A stretch of 61,879 nt of DNA, counting the filler, from Hausera hauseri (lineage: Eukaryota), in assembly GCA_046269625.1 (NCBI GenBank). It is 12 parts of 12 records of this genome, joined end to end, with 100 filler letters (N's around TTAATTAATTAA, not from the genome) between each part and the next. Parts side by side here need not be neighbours in the genome. Positions count along the whole stretch, not along the records: positions 8,889 to 13,962 come from JBJURY010344045.1; positions 14,063 to 20,600 come from JBJURY010089432.1; positions 20,701 to 25,146 come from JBJURY010577894.1; 9 more parts are not named here. One strand, written 5' to 3'. A program made the position numbers and the translations under genes. A model generated the notes under the pieces. It did no database searches. It was not told the DNA's origin and saw only the letters and a list, made by a program, of their open reading frames with translations. Of this stretch, positions 11,451 through 24,610 are shown piece by piece. Position 1 is the stretch's first letter; every line of letters begins with the position of its first letter.

Positions 11451-12149
11451 CTAAAGGCTTACGAAGAAAATAGATGGAAAGCGGATATGGAACGATATGT
11501 TGGCTATCATAATTGAAAACGTAAAAGGAGACACATTTAGTTACAAACGCACATTTATAAATGTCAAGACACGAAGAGATAACCCTGATGATGATGAGCC
11601 TAAGGGAGGAGACGCCGTCTCCAAGATATACAGACACAGAAACTATTCAGTTATAAAACCACTACTACTAATGCTACCGCCAACTGTACCGATATATGAA
11701 GACTGTGAAAAACAATCTATGAGCTCATATCAAACAGATATCTATATAATACCGTTCAACCTTGAAGATCCTTATTAAGGAGCAAAACATTATGGTATAT
11801 TACGTAAAGTTAGCGAAACGAAAAGAACACCTGCTCTATATCGTCATTTAACTCTCGACGACCATGGAATAATCTATTCACCAAGAATATCCAGGCCGAA
11901 AGAAATACGATCCACATTCTCCAAAGACCATGAGACGCAGAGTTTTAGGAATCAGGAAATACAGCCGCCAGTTAGGAAGCAGGAAACGGAAAACGTTAAT
12001 TGTACGAACAATGAACTGTACCCAAATGGAGAGCTAAGACAGTTAATCGACCAGCCAGTAGCGACCACTGAAGTTAGAATTAACGGTTATAAGGTGTTGA
12101 CAATTCAACAACCAAAGAAAGCGCCAAATTACTATGGTACAATAATCGA

Positions 12150-13962
12150 AGGTAGACCCAACGCGAAAATTTAGTTGGAAGATGGGGAAGTCTACGCATT
12201 GATAGACAGAGGATCCGAGATATCACTAATAAAACATGACTCAATATTGCAGTTCCTACCAAAACAATTATACCCCTTTAGAACAACAGATCCAGGAAGT
12301 ATTGAAGCTTTTGGACAGTCATCGAAAAGCAAATTCCGGTGGAGGCCAGAAATTTGCATAATTGGGCAATTTTTTCATCACGAATTTTTAATAATGTAAC
12401 AGTTAACAGACGACGTAGTTTTAGTACACGATCTGTGGAGGCAATTACCTAATGTAGCAATAGACTTTCGTTCAGGGAAATTAATGGAGCTCGGTCCGAT
12501 AAAAGGAGTTAAGACCACCAAAGATAGGCAATTTGGAGAAGTATGGATTCCAGTGGACATAAATATTAACATATGGTCAGATCTTTAAGATGACAACCAA
12601 CCAGTATATTTTGAGCCAAAAGAATCCTTAAACCCTAGCACTGTACTCAGTAATGTATTAACGAAAGTGTCAACGGGTCATGTGCCAATCAGAATAGCTA
12701 ATAACGCGCCGACCGAAATTAAATTGTACTCCCATACTACTTTGGGTCACACTTACAGAGTATTATCAATAACTATCGACGAAAAATTTTACAAATGTGC
12801 GGAATTATCACGTAATGTCAATATTAAATTCTCACCGGAATCATACTTTCGTTTTTATGAACTACTTTGCAGCTGTAGTTCAGTCGTCGCAAAAGACGAA
12901 GAAAGTATTGGTAGAGCTAAAACCCTGAGATTAGCAATTCCGCTTAAGAAAAAGCCGGGCTGGAATGACGAAATTGATCTAAAAGACTAAAAGATGCCAG
13001 ACAGTATCCTTTTTCTCACTCTTTAAGGCTTGAGACAACAAAGGAAGTTGAACGTATGCTAAAGGCTGACATAATTAAACCGAGATATAGATCTTGGTAC
13101 GCGCCCATACTTATGGTTAAAAAGAAAAGTACTACAAAACATCGATTTTGTATCGATTATCAAGCGTTAAACACCCTTATTATGAAGGATTCCTTACATT
13201 ACCATCAATAAAGGAAGCCCTGGATAGACTCGCTGCAGAAAAATGGTTTACCACGCTAAACTTGCAATCTGGATATTGGCAAGTAGAAATAGAGGATGAA
13301 GATCGCTATAAAACCGCACACTACAGAGTATACTAATTTAACATTATGCCATTTGGGATAACTACCGGATCAGGCATCACTACTCGAAATAGGAAAAAAT
13401 GTTCGTGGGATTGGAAAACGCGATAGCGTACTTGGACGACATAATAATCGCATCAAAAACGGAAGAAGACTTAAAGGGTATCGAGGACACCCGCATGAGA
13501 GTGGAGCAAGCAGGATTGAAACTGAATCCTAAGAAATGTAAACGGGCTCAAAATGCAGTATCCTATCTTGGACATATAGTTGGAGAAGGAGGATCGAAAC
13601 CCGACAAGTCACTGTTAAATAAAATATCAGACTGTATGGAACCTCTGAACCAAAAGGAATTAAGATATTGGTTAGGTTTATGTCAGTATTATGCCACTTA
13701 TGTACCTGACAATTCGAAGATAAATGCGCCATTATACCGTTTGCTTAAAAAAGGAATTAAAAGGAAATCGACCGACGTCAAGCAAAAGGCTTTCGATTAA
13801 ATGAGAAAAATTTTAACTAGCGAACCAGTTTTAAGATATCCTAATTTTAACCTACCGTTTATAATTAAAACTAACGCCAGTAAAGAAGGCATTTGATACC
13901 ATTTTGCTCAGAAACGAGAAGATGAAGAGGTAGATCATCCTATGGCTTATGGAGGACGATCA
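12150..13962 (+). pseudogene. pol: Ty3/Gypsy pol: aspartic protease, reverse transcriptase, start of RNase H
   Basis: ALIDRGSEISLI (DTG mutated), APILMVKKK..RFCIDY, LNLQSGYWQV, AYLDDIII, GLKLNPKKC, YLGHIV, LTSEPVLRYPNFNLPFIIKTNAS. Confidence 0.93.
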
Positions 13963-14062
13963 NNNNNNNNNNNNNNNNNNNNNNNNNNNNNNNNNNNNNN
14001 NNNNNNTTAATTAATTAANNNNNNNNNNNNNNNNNNNNNNNNNNNNNNNNNNNNNNNNNNNN

Positions 14063-14540
14063 CGCTCTGAATGGAAAGAAGGACATCTTGTTAAAATTCG
14101 TAAAAGGTAGATCTTGGCGACTGCGCAAACTATAAAGAAACCACCCTGATATCTATACCAAGGAAAGTTTTAAACAGAATAATCCTAAATAAAATAAGAG
14201 ACACAGCTGATACACAAGCGGTGGATCAACAAGCTGGCTTCCGCAAAGGGAGATCCTGTATAGACCAGATCACAACACTGCGCATTGTTGTAGAACAGTC
14301 TCTAGAATGGAATTCCCCTTCTATGTTAACTTCATTGATTACGAAAAAGCATTTGATAGTGTAGATAAAGAAACACTATTGAAACTGCTTCGACACTATG
14401 GAGCACTAAATAAAATAATCCCTATCACAGAAAATACACACGATGGCATGAGTTGCAAGAAGATGCATGAAGGCCAACTTACAGTCTTTTCAAGTGAATA
14501 CTGGAGTTAGGCAAGGATGCTGCTGTCGCCGCTTCTCAAT
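14063..14540 (+). mobile_element. RTE-clade non-LTR retrotransposon RT fragment, disrupted
   Basis: QQAGFRKGRSCIDQITTLR, FIDYEKAFDSVD, GVRQGCMLSPLL. Confidence 0.88.
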
Positions 14541-15383
14541 AGAAAGAAGCTTCAGAGAACAATGTTAAAAAGGTAAACTTTGTATACCTTGCTACATTTG
14601 TGATCCCTTTCCTTGTCAGACAGCTTTAAAAGCAGAAAATGCTGGCTATTGTCCCACAGAACAGCTTTTCATATGGCTGAATTTACCATGTTTGACTTAC
14701 CAATCATGTCACTACTGGAACTTCAAACAATACCTATATTATTTTGTCCTGTATCTTTGCAGCTACTTTATTTGTTCTTCATCTTATTGAACAATGAAGT
14801 ATTGAATGTATTGAATGTTTTAATGTCTCTGCATAGAATTGACATCCAAGTCACTAATAAAGTCTTCCGTTTATATTCTACATGTATCTTTGTATCTCAT
14901 CTTTGCCTCATGGCCTTGTCCCCTCTGACAATTTAGCAAATAAAATATTTTGCAGCAGTTAACAGCGAAATTGACCTGTAGGCTTACACTAAACACAACA
15001 CTGCACAAACTCTGTACGTGCTATGCCGAAACTATTTATATTTGTTTTTTTTAATGGTATGTTTGATTTGACATACATCAGCTGAACATCTTCATGACAA
15101 AAAATCTTCGCTGGCTTTTGTGATCAGTAAGGCAGGAAATTCTATCATGCAAAGAAATTAGCAGTTGAAAATTTAAATATGACAGTAAATGCAATTAAAG
15201 TATTTAACATTTAAAAAGAAATAGAATAAGTCACTGTGGCAAATTTTGTTAGATAAATTAATGAACAAATATAATTGATGTACTAAGAAAATAAATATAT
15301 AAACAGTCTGTATCCTGTCTACTTCACAGACATTCCCATTTGATGTTTCTCACCTGCTGGCACAAGGAGTAGAGCTGCAACCC

Positions 15384-15911
15384 ATGTCATCTACCAGGCT
15401 CAGGTACCCATATCCATTTCTGGATTCAGTTTTAGCTACCCAAAACTCTACACTGAAATCTACTGTGAAAGCGTCACATTTTTCAGCTAAACCAAGTGAA
15501 GGTATAGAAGACTATAAGATCAACTGCCCTGCACAAGCTGTTGTAAATTTACCTCAAATTAGCAATGATGGGAAAGAGCCAACTCCTTTGTCCAAAACTT
15601 CATCAAAAGCATCAGGATTCACAGCTGTGTCGGGAATGAGGAATATGTGCTCATTCTGCAAAAGAATCAGAGAACGTGAACAATTTTGTGCATCACATTC
15701 TCAGAAAGATCCAAATGGAATTGTGATTTGTCCAATCCTAAGAGCCTCTATTTTTCAACTGTGTGGGGCGACTGGAGACAATGCTCACACACGGTCTTAT
15801 TGCCCACTTTCAATTGAGAATTCACGCGCAAAGCATTCCGTGCACAAGAAATGTGGTAATGGTTATGTAGGATACAGCCATGGTCGTAGATTTCTAGGCA
15901 ACAGTTTTTAA
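15384..15911 (+). CDS. nanos: Nanos-family CCHC zinc-finger protein, possibly the last exon (candidate acceptor AG ending at 15329); one zinc ligand substituted
   Basis: CSFC-x12-H-x10-C-x7-[F]-x2-C-x7-H-x4-C with PILR and CGATGDNAHT signatures. Confidence 0.85.
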   Translation: MSSTRLRYPYPFLDSVLATQNSTLKSTVKASHFSAKPSEGIEDYKINCPAQAVVNLPQISNDGKEPTPLSKTSSKASGFTAVSGMRNMCSFCKRIREREQFCASHSQKDPNGIVICPILRASIFQLCGATGDNAHTRSYCPLSIENSRAKHSVHKKCGNGYVGYSHGRRFLGNSF

Positions 15912-17799
15912 ATGCAGAGCAGAAGGTTCCCAAATCACACAGGTAATTTTTGTTGGATGGCATTTAACTGAATATGGTCTTTGCTTATAGTTTAGTTCTC
16001 ATGGTAATTGGGCTTGTGTATATTCTAGTTTACCTGTCATGGCCTTGGTAACTAGTCAGGCCAGGACCAACATACTGACCAGGACCTGATAACGAGGAGT
16101 TTGCAAAGAGATGATGATAATTAAGTTTCTCTTATAATTGATGCACACACTTGTCAATTGAGCGGTCATGGGTTCAACTCCCAGCACTGGTAGGCTGTAA
16201 CAGTTAATACATTTTTACGGTGATTTTAAGTCAATTATGATGATCGTTATAAGAATCTGTGATGATGATAGTGATGCAGATAATTTAATTTAAGAGTGAG
16301 GATAAAAATTCATGAGATAAAATTAAGGATTTTCTGTGGTAATGATAATGAAAATTGTGTACATAAAGTTTTATTTCCTTTTTGTGATAAATTATATGGT
16401 TATTGTGGGGATTGTATGTATGGTTTTCTAGAATAATGATAATGTTTCTATAGATACATACGTTTTTTACTGGTTGTGATAAATTGACGTGTGCATCCGG
16501 TTTTTGTCATTTGCTATTAAGACAGAATGTCTAGAGTAATGTGTAGTTACAACAGGTTTTTTAAAATGATAATTAGATTTGTCCATATAAAGTTTGTGCC
16601 CTACTATATTTTTAAGATAACTGAAGTATCTAGAATAAGTGTCTAGAAAAATAGTTTCTATAGTCACAAGACGTTATGATATTTGGACTTGTGTACATAC
16701 AATTTGTTCTTTTCTTAATCTATGATTATTTTTACTGAGTATCTATAGCCATTATCAGTAATGTTTTTTTAAAAATTATAACACATTTTTCAATAGTTCT
16801 AGTCACTAGGGCTGTGTATACAACAATTTTGTCATTATCCGTCTTTATGGCAGTTAAACTATCTTTCATTTGTAAACATTCAAGGTAAAGTTGAAACTTT
16901 TTTTTATTTCAGTTAAACATTGTATGCAATTGTACTTGTGAACACCCTTTTTTGGGTGGGGGTGGAGGGGGGGGGGACTTTCAAAGTACAGGTACATTTT
17001 TAAAAATATTCAAAGTAATTGGACTAAGCTATCGTGGCCACATTTTTTGACAGTAATTGTACATGTGAACACAATTTTTCCTTCTATACAATGATAGTAA
17101 CCAAAAAAGTTATATGAACATTTTAAGTATTGGTAATTTGATTCTTAAGAAAACAGTTTCATTTACGGAGATTGAACATGTGAATATAATTTTGCTTGTA
17201 CAGAAAATGTATCTCGAAACATTCAAATTAATTGGATTTATGAATGTAAAGTTGTTTTTTTTTTAACATTCTGCTCAATTAAATTTGGAAACATAATTCT
17301 TTTATTTTTATACAACATCTAACAAGATTTATAACAATTTTCTTAAAGATTTTAAGTAACTCATCTTGTCAAAACTATTTTAAACATTCCTTCTAACTGG
17401 CTTTATGAATATATAAATATACGCTGTTTTCTTTTTCAACATTCTATGCTTTGAACAGAAATTGATTTGTGTAACAGTATTAATATTAGATGCTAAAGTA
17501 GTTTAGAACATTCAGTGCAAAAATACATTCATTGTTACATTTATTGTCACAACCATTAAGCCTACATCAAGCCTACTAATAATAGAAATTATACATTCCC
17601 GTGTTTTCGTTTTTTATTGGTTTCCTAAAGTGTAATACACTTTACATTAATACAGTTTATGGTTACAAACATTTTGTATAATAAATTTTTTAAAACAACA
17701 TCTCTGTCTTTGTTTTATTTGAATTTTGTGAATGGATTATGTTAGAAATGATGAAATATGATAAGAAAGAACACAGAACAATGTATTCATCTACTAGGT

Positions 17800-17925
17800 G
17801 AAAGGTCAGCAGACCACGCTCCTCAATAATTCCCTATTTTTGTTGTCTCTAATCATTCTGTTGCCTTCCTCTTACCATGCCACATGATCAACCCCTCTAG
17901 GAACGTTGCTCTTGGTCTGCAACTT
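17800..17925 (-). mobile_element. Short RTE-type LINE 3' relic; a second relic on + at about 18860-19040
   Basis: Degenerate RPRATFLEGL..W and GLERLITDG-like translations typical of RTE C-termini; heavily decayed. Confidence 0.4.
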
Positions 17926-20900
17926 TGCTTCGATTTTCCAGTACTTGGCAAATTTTCCAGTATCACCTTTCACAACTTTCCCACTTTTTTTACTGCACTA
18001 ATAATTGTGTGATGTTCTCCAGCTTTATTCAGAACTTGTTGATTTGTTTTCGGTACTGTTCAGTGGATTTGTTACATTTTTCTATAAATGGCTCAGCAAT
18101 CAGATCATTTAAATATTAGGAGCAGAGATATACATGGAATGAGTGAACCTTATCAGTCTCACACCAGCATGTACTAACACTGCAGCTGAGGTACAATCCC
18201 TTCAAAATGCAGCAGTAATGATCAACAAATCTGAGACTTGTGTCACGTGGTGGTATTTCTCACTGGTGAGATTTCAGTACAACTAGGAATTCCATCAAAA
18301 TGTGGCATACCCGGAAATGAAACGGCAGTATCGTGAAAGAATGAGATTTGAGCAAAAAAGAAACTACAGTCTGATGCAATGAAAAGATACCCCTCATTAA
18401 AGCTAAGGAAAACTCCCCAGCCAATAGGTGATATTCATGTCCTTGATCGAACAGACCATGTTTCGACTTAGAATCGATCACAGGCGCCTAAACCACATAA
18501 TGCACAAATTAAAAGAGCACGGCATGCTCATGTGGTCTGGAAGAAAAAAAAACAAATGGGAACATTTCATTCTGCAAAACTGCAGACAAATACAAAACTG
18601 AATGGAAATATTAAAAGTGTCATCCTACATCTAAAAATATAAGAATATTGCTTGACTTGGGAGGGGGCGGGACTGCAATGTCTGCACATTAAGGTCCTGG
18701 TCATATTGTTTGGTTTAGTTTCTTATCCTTTCTCATTTTATTTGGGATCTTCCTTAGATACATCAATTCAGACATCTGCTATTCACGTTTGTGAGCCGAT
18801 GTTATCCGTAGGTTAGAACCAGGACATCATAAAAAAAAATAACAGCTTCCAAGTAAAATAATGCAGAGGAGTATTGACATAAAAACAGTTATGTACAGAG
18901 AACGATGACTATTCAACAAAACACATCCTACTTGTAAACACCATTACGGTAAAGCAGTTTGTTTTGTCCATTATATGGACATAATGGATTGGAGAGACTA
19001 ATTACTGACGGGAATTGTTCAAGGAAAAGAAAAGACTAACATGATAAGATCTGTATTTAAGATAAGATAAGAATAACCTCGTCGATATAAGGGAGGTAAT
19101 TTCAAGGGAGTCAAGGGCAGATAATCGGTTTTACCTTGTACTAGGTCACCGGGGACTCACCGGGTGGGTTGCGTGGTCGGCATGCTATACGACGTTTCTA
19201 TAGGGCAAAGAAGAAAAAAACCCGGAGCAGGCTGGAGCAGCCCGGAGCGAGGCGATCACAGGGCTAGGGGTCATTGGGTCACCGGGTGGGCACGGGGCGA
19301 TGGGGGACTCGGGGTTACCGGTCGGGTTGCGTGGTCGGCAAGGGAAAAAATTAAGTTTTTATAGGTAAAATATTAATAAATCTTATATAGGAAAAATATG
19401 GAGGGGGTGCACGATCGATAGTGTGACGTCATCCGGATTTTGGTACCATGGGAGCGCTGTAAGCCTATAGAAACCTTCCAAAGCTGTATGAGTCCAGCAC
19501 AACTAGCGAGCTTCCAAAGCGCCCAAGACCGTTCGACGCTGTAGGAGCTCTGGCGGGTCCCAGCATAGCTTAAAACCAACTGGAGCATGGGAGCGAACCT
19601 TTTGGGCAACCTTGGAAGTGCTCGAAACATTCAATGCTTGACCTGTGATTGTAAGGCGAAAGAGAGAAAAAACATCATCATCACTGTAGAAAGAGCGTAT
19701 TTCATCACTTCGTAGAAGACACACATTCCCTAGCTTAGGTAGTGGACCCGTCTCCGGGATTTGGCCGCTGCCGCCGTTGCTTGCTGGCAGACCTTCTGAT
19801 TAGCATGGGCGCTAATATTGAGAAACCTTCCAAAACTATAAGATGAGCGTTGGATCATTACTGTCAAGCCCTTCTGATGAAGGGAGCATGGGACGAGAAA
19901 CCATCAAGAGCAGCCGAAGAAGCAAATAAAGTGAATAAAATTATCAGGAGAGCAAGAAAGAGTGTTCAGGCAGCTGAGGAATACCCTAAAGATGATTCCT
20001 ATGGAGCAGGAGCTCACTAAGTAAACAATTATTCCTGAAACTAACATGGTAAGTACATTTTTTTGCCTTTTTCTCAAAATGTATATTTTTATAAAATTTG
20101 TTTCACTCTTTGCAGAATATCTGAAATGATTCTTAATATATTGTCTCCAAAATTGGAACATATATAGGAGTGTACCATTGAAGTAGAGTGAACTAAAAGA
20201 AATGCAATAGCTTGAATGCTGTATGAGATTTTGTCATTTATGTTAAACCCTACCCCTAAATTTTTTTAAAAATTTACAACTGTTTCACATAAATGAGCAT
20301 AACTTTTGAATGGTACATATAACCCAAAAGATTTTAGTTCAGATTATGCACAACATAATGTCCTAATTGCATGTTAAGTTTCATTAAGCTCTGAGTTTTA
20401 GTTTGTGAAATATCTTACAATGTTGCTGAATATAAATTATGCTATTTTCCACATAAATTATCACATTTTTAGTAAATTTTCACCAAAATAGGCTGATTTT
20501 AACCCCAAAAGTTATTTTTTCTGTAATAATTAACAGGTATGTACATAATAAAATCAATGATTTCAACAGATATAATCAAAATCAATTTGGGGGTTACAGC
20601 NNNNNNNNNNNNNNNNNNNNNNNNNNNNNNNNNNNNNNNNNNNNTTAATTAATTAANNNNNNNNNNNNNNNNNNNNNNNNNNNNNNNNNNNNNNNNNNNN
20701 CCATTGCTCGATGACAGATTTTCCGAAAAATGACGATAAACTAACTGCAATGAAATTATATGTTAGTGTGCGTGAAAGGGTGGTGGACATACGTTAATGA
20801 CAGTCACTGTTGCCTTTGTAAACAGTGCTTATAATAACACAGTGCTTCTTACCAAATGTCCTGTATTTCGGGAATGTCCTTTAAACTACATAGATTGAAC

Positions 20901-22596
20901 ACATCATGAGAATTAATATGATATGTCCATTAATATGGGCTCTTCTCCATACTTCTTCGCCACCTTTGTTACATTTGGTAGGCACGACTCATTAACTTTT
21001 AACAGGTTTCATACAGACAGGCAGGCAGCTATGCAGCCAGGCAGGTCAGTTGTTGTCAATCACCTTCTCGCGCCTCTTGTTCACGGTGAGCAGAGGTAGT
21101 GGAAGTACCTGGTTACGTGCTCGTGGTTTGAGAATGATGACGATGATAATGTTGCTGATGACTTTGAAAATTTCCATTTCGATTATTGTACGACACGATA
21201 CGACAAACGAAAAATAAAACTTTAGATTTTAACAACGCCTTTTCGCGTTATTTTTCACCAACTTGCAATTGTCTATTCGTGAGGCGCTTATAATATGAAA
21301 TGTGCTTCTCGTCACGGGCTACGTGCTCATTGAATTTCCATCGCCGTTGGACTTGAGGAATGGGAAATTTGTAGAGTTTGAATTTTTCCCATCGATTTTT
21401 CCCTATGTTCCCAGGTTCGAACAACGTTGAAAGTGTGTTCATTTGACTCTTCGACATCGATTTGACGTATGCCTATCGTTTTAGTTTGCCATGAATGTGT
21501 AACCCTTTTCTGGTGATGCATTTCCTGTTTTTCTTTTTTGTCTTCTAGCTCCTCTCCCTTACATTTTCGGACTTACCCGCGCTACAAAGTTTTCCTCGTC
21601 TCGTCCAGCTCTACCGATTTGAGTCGGTTCGACGTCCAACGCTTTTACCACCGGGGAGAGGTGGGTCATCCATAATTTTTCGTGAAATGTTCGTTATAGC
21701 ACGATAGGTGGGGAAATTATATAGAAAACCGATTTGGAAAGAATTGTTGAAAGTGGTAACGAACTGACACTTTTACCTACTGACGCGGCCATATTGATGA
21801 ACCCGTGGAATAAAACGATGGAAACGAAAAGTAAAAATAAAAGACTAATAAGAAGGTACTCCAGGGGATATATCTGCTTTGCTCGTCCGCCGATTCGTGG
21901 GGCTTTCCTGTGGTGGATCGAGCCGGTGTCGATTTGGCGTCATTCGCATGGTAAACATGCTAAATCTTCCGAACAGGTGCTTCTTAGTTTCGGTCGTCGT
22001 TTCGCCCATGTTCAACTGCAGGGGATCAACCGACACTTCGACGAGGCCAGCGATTTGAATAGGCGGTCCGTAGCGGCCATCAGCCTAATGGAAACTTCCA
22101 GGAACACCGACGAGTGGAATAGTCTCCTATTGTCTTTGTCGGCATAGAACTGGTCGAGGAGAGCGGTGGACAGTGCGTATGGGTTGTTACTTGGAAACCC
22201 GGTCAGGTGCCGTAAGTAACGTCCTTGCTGTAAGAGCTCATGTACCCGAAATCCGAATAGGATTGATATGGAGTAGGTTGTTAGACTCTCCGGTATCTTC
22301 TCCCGTAGGGCTCGGCGCCTCGTCGGTTCGAAGGTTGTTTGTGCATCATGTCAGATTCATCGAGTGAATCACTGTTAATGATTTGTGGGGATACTCCAGG
22401 ATGTGTTAAATTCTGGACTATGTGAAAGTGCATAAAAAGGCAGACTATTCATATCGATAAAATGTTTTGATGTTTATTCAGTCTTCGTAAAAAATGTAAA
22501 TTTATTAGTTGCTATGTGAAGTAATGTGATTGAATGTTAGTAGTTATGTTAGTTTTAATGCGCAGTTTTGTCATTATTTGTTTTTCTACTTCTGTA

Positions 22597-22835
22597 ATGA
22601 GTGAACAGGTTATCTCTTCATCTGATGTACAAAGGGTTATTATTAAATTTCTTACGAATGAAAATGTGAAACCTGTAGAAATTTTTACAAGGGTACAAGC
22701 ACAATATGGCAATGAAACGCTCTCAAGAACTCAGGTGTATGAATGAAGTAAGTCTTTTAAGGAAGGCCGAGCAACATTTGAAAACATTATCCATGCTCGA
22801 AGACCAAAGACATTTGTCACTGAAATGAATATGGC
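22597..22835 (+). mobile_element. Mariner transposase N-terminal HTH fragment
   Basis: QRVIIKFLTNENVKPVEIFTRVQAQYGNETLSRTQVYE*SKSFKEGR....HARRPKT; no catalytic domain follows. Confidence 0.85.
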
Positions 22836-22989
22836 AGAAATCTACCACCTATTCTAACAGTCATTCGGTTATGTATTATCAAGACATGGAATAATTATGA
22901 ATTGCCCTTTGTGCACATAATTAATCTGTATTTCGTTTGAGTGTTGTTATAAATCATGTGATATTTATTAATTTGCTTTTAGTTAGAGT

Positions 22990-24610
22990 GTAAATCCATG
23001 AAGCAGTTCTTGTTCTTAATTACGCACAAATAAAGATCGCACTTTAGGCCACGCACAACTGTTGCTCCATTTCAATCAAGCAGCTTGAACCGTGTATGTT
23101 TACCACAGCAAGCCGATGTTCTACTAAGCCTTTACGAACACAGATTTTGTGTATTGGCTTAGTGGGCCCTCCGTGACGTTTGGTTTCAAACTGAGTTTGT
23201 GAAGGACGTCTTCGTTTACGAGCGCTCTTAGCTAAATCCTTTCCTTGTTTAACAAGGCACTCGGCTAACTCTATGCGGAACTCAAGCAAATCGATCTGCT
23301 CCTTTTTCTCAACGTTTAGCAACCTGCAGTCTCTCTTGAACAGGAGCCAGGCATTGACGACTGCTGAGTCCAGAAAGTGGAAGAAACATCTTCGACCTGA
23401 TGTAGATTCTATAGTATGTCACTAGCGCATACAGTGCATCCACTTCCATATTTGTATTGTAGACTTGAATTATTGTGGAATATGGGGCTTCTATGTGGCT
23501 TTTGTTTGATTTGCCCCATCGTTTCATAGTCTGAAGTAAATGCGCAGATGATGAAGAACTGGCAAGCGCAACCAATCAGTTGTCATACCACTTGATTAAC
23601 CTCGCCGGCATACCGTCTACATTACCCTTCTGCTGCTCGTACGAACCCCTTCTTTTGTTCAGCACAGCATCAGTACTGAAAGTACAGCCATTTAGGCGAT
23701 TAGATAGAATTGTGCCAACTGATCACACACTGATTTTGGCCAACTCTGATACCAGCGCAAATGTAGTAAACCAGTTGTCGAAATACACGATACAGTTAAT
23801 TCCTGGCTACACAACTTCACACATCTTGAGGACGATGTTGCCTGCACTTCCAATATCAGGAAACTATGCAGGTGATTGAATTTTGCCGGTGTACACCTCA
23901 AAATTGTGCACAAGACTTGAGATACTACACAGCTTATAAATCTTGTAGCCCCATTTGTACGGCTTACTTGGAACGTATAGTCGAAGACTTGACTGACCTT
24001 TAAAAGGCACTATCTGTTCATCGACACTCAAGTACTATTCCTGGGGGATCTCTTTGTACTTCTGCAGCACTGAATCGACTGGTGGACGAATCTTGTACAA
24101 TCTGTCACGGTTGGGGTCAGCTTTATCGGGAGTGTTAGTGTTGTCGTTGAAAGGTAGATGGATTTTTATTTCTTGCCACCTGTTTCTAGACATTCTTGCT
24201 CGTGGCAGATTGTACAAGGACATGTACAACAATGACGATAAGAAATGGTCTAACTCATCTCTTGTTAGAGTTAATGGTTTTGTGACATTCTTCTGCACTG
24301 CGTACAAGTTCGTCCATCAGCTGGTGGAAATATTCCAGAGTCACTTTTACAGATTCAGTTGACAGCAATTGGCCTATCCACGTAGGATGTGATCTTGCTG
24401 TTGTGATCAGTTGCTGCAATTTTTTTCCACTGAATTCTTCGAGCACTATCAGCAACTCTAGTCGCTTTTGCATTAGAGGTCGTTGGCTGCTGCGATGTGA
24501 TAATGGAATTAGATGATGCGTTATCATCTCCTGTTTGTGGCCATCTCATCTTCACTGTCGCTCAATTGACTGTCGTCACTGCAATCAGGAATTGTACGAG
24601 CTTGCACTTG
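22990..24610 (-). mobile_element. piggyBac transposase pseudogene (PGBD2/3-like)
   Basis: MSRNRW, DRLYKIRP, LSVDEQIVPFKG, KPYKWGYK, YFDNWFT, YNTNM.VD, LLEFRIELA and a Cys-rich C-terminus; many stops and frameshifts. Confidence 0.92.

Larger units (their letters stand above)
8889..13962 (+). mobile_element. Decayed Ty3/Gypsy LTR retrotransposon segment with order glycoprotein - protease - RT - RNase H
   Basis: Track ORFs starting at 9652, 10015, 10387, 11497, 12175, 12667 and 13399 all lie in one reading frame; both ends cut by contig ends. Confidence 0.9.

Noticed and set aside
16160-16195. tRNA or SINE from B-box-like GGTTCAACTCC
   Set aside because: No A-box or cloverleaf can be built; at most a SINE relic.
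16954-16977. G-tract as a functional G-quadruplex
   Set aside because: Isolated low-complexity run in intergenic DNA with no supporting context.
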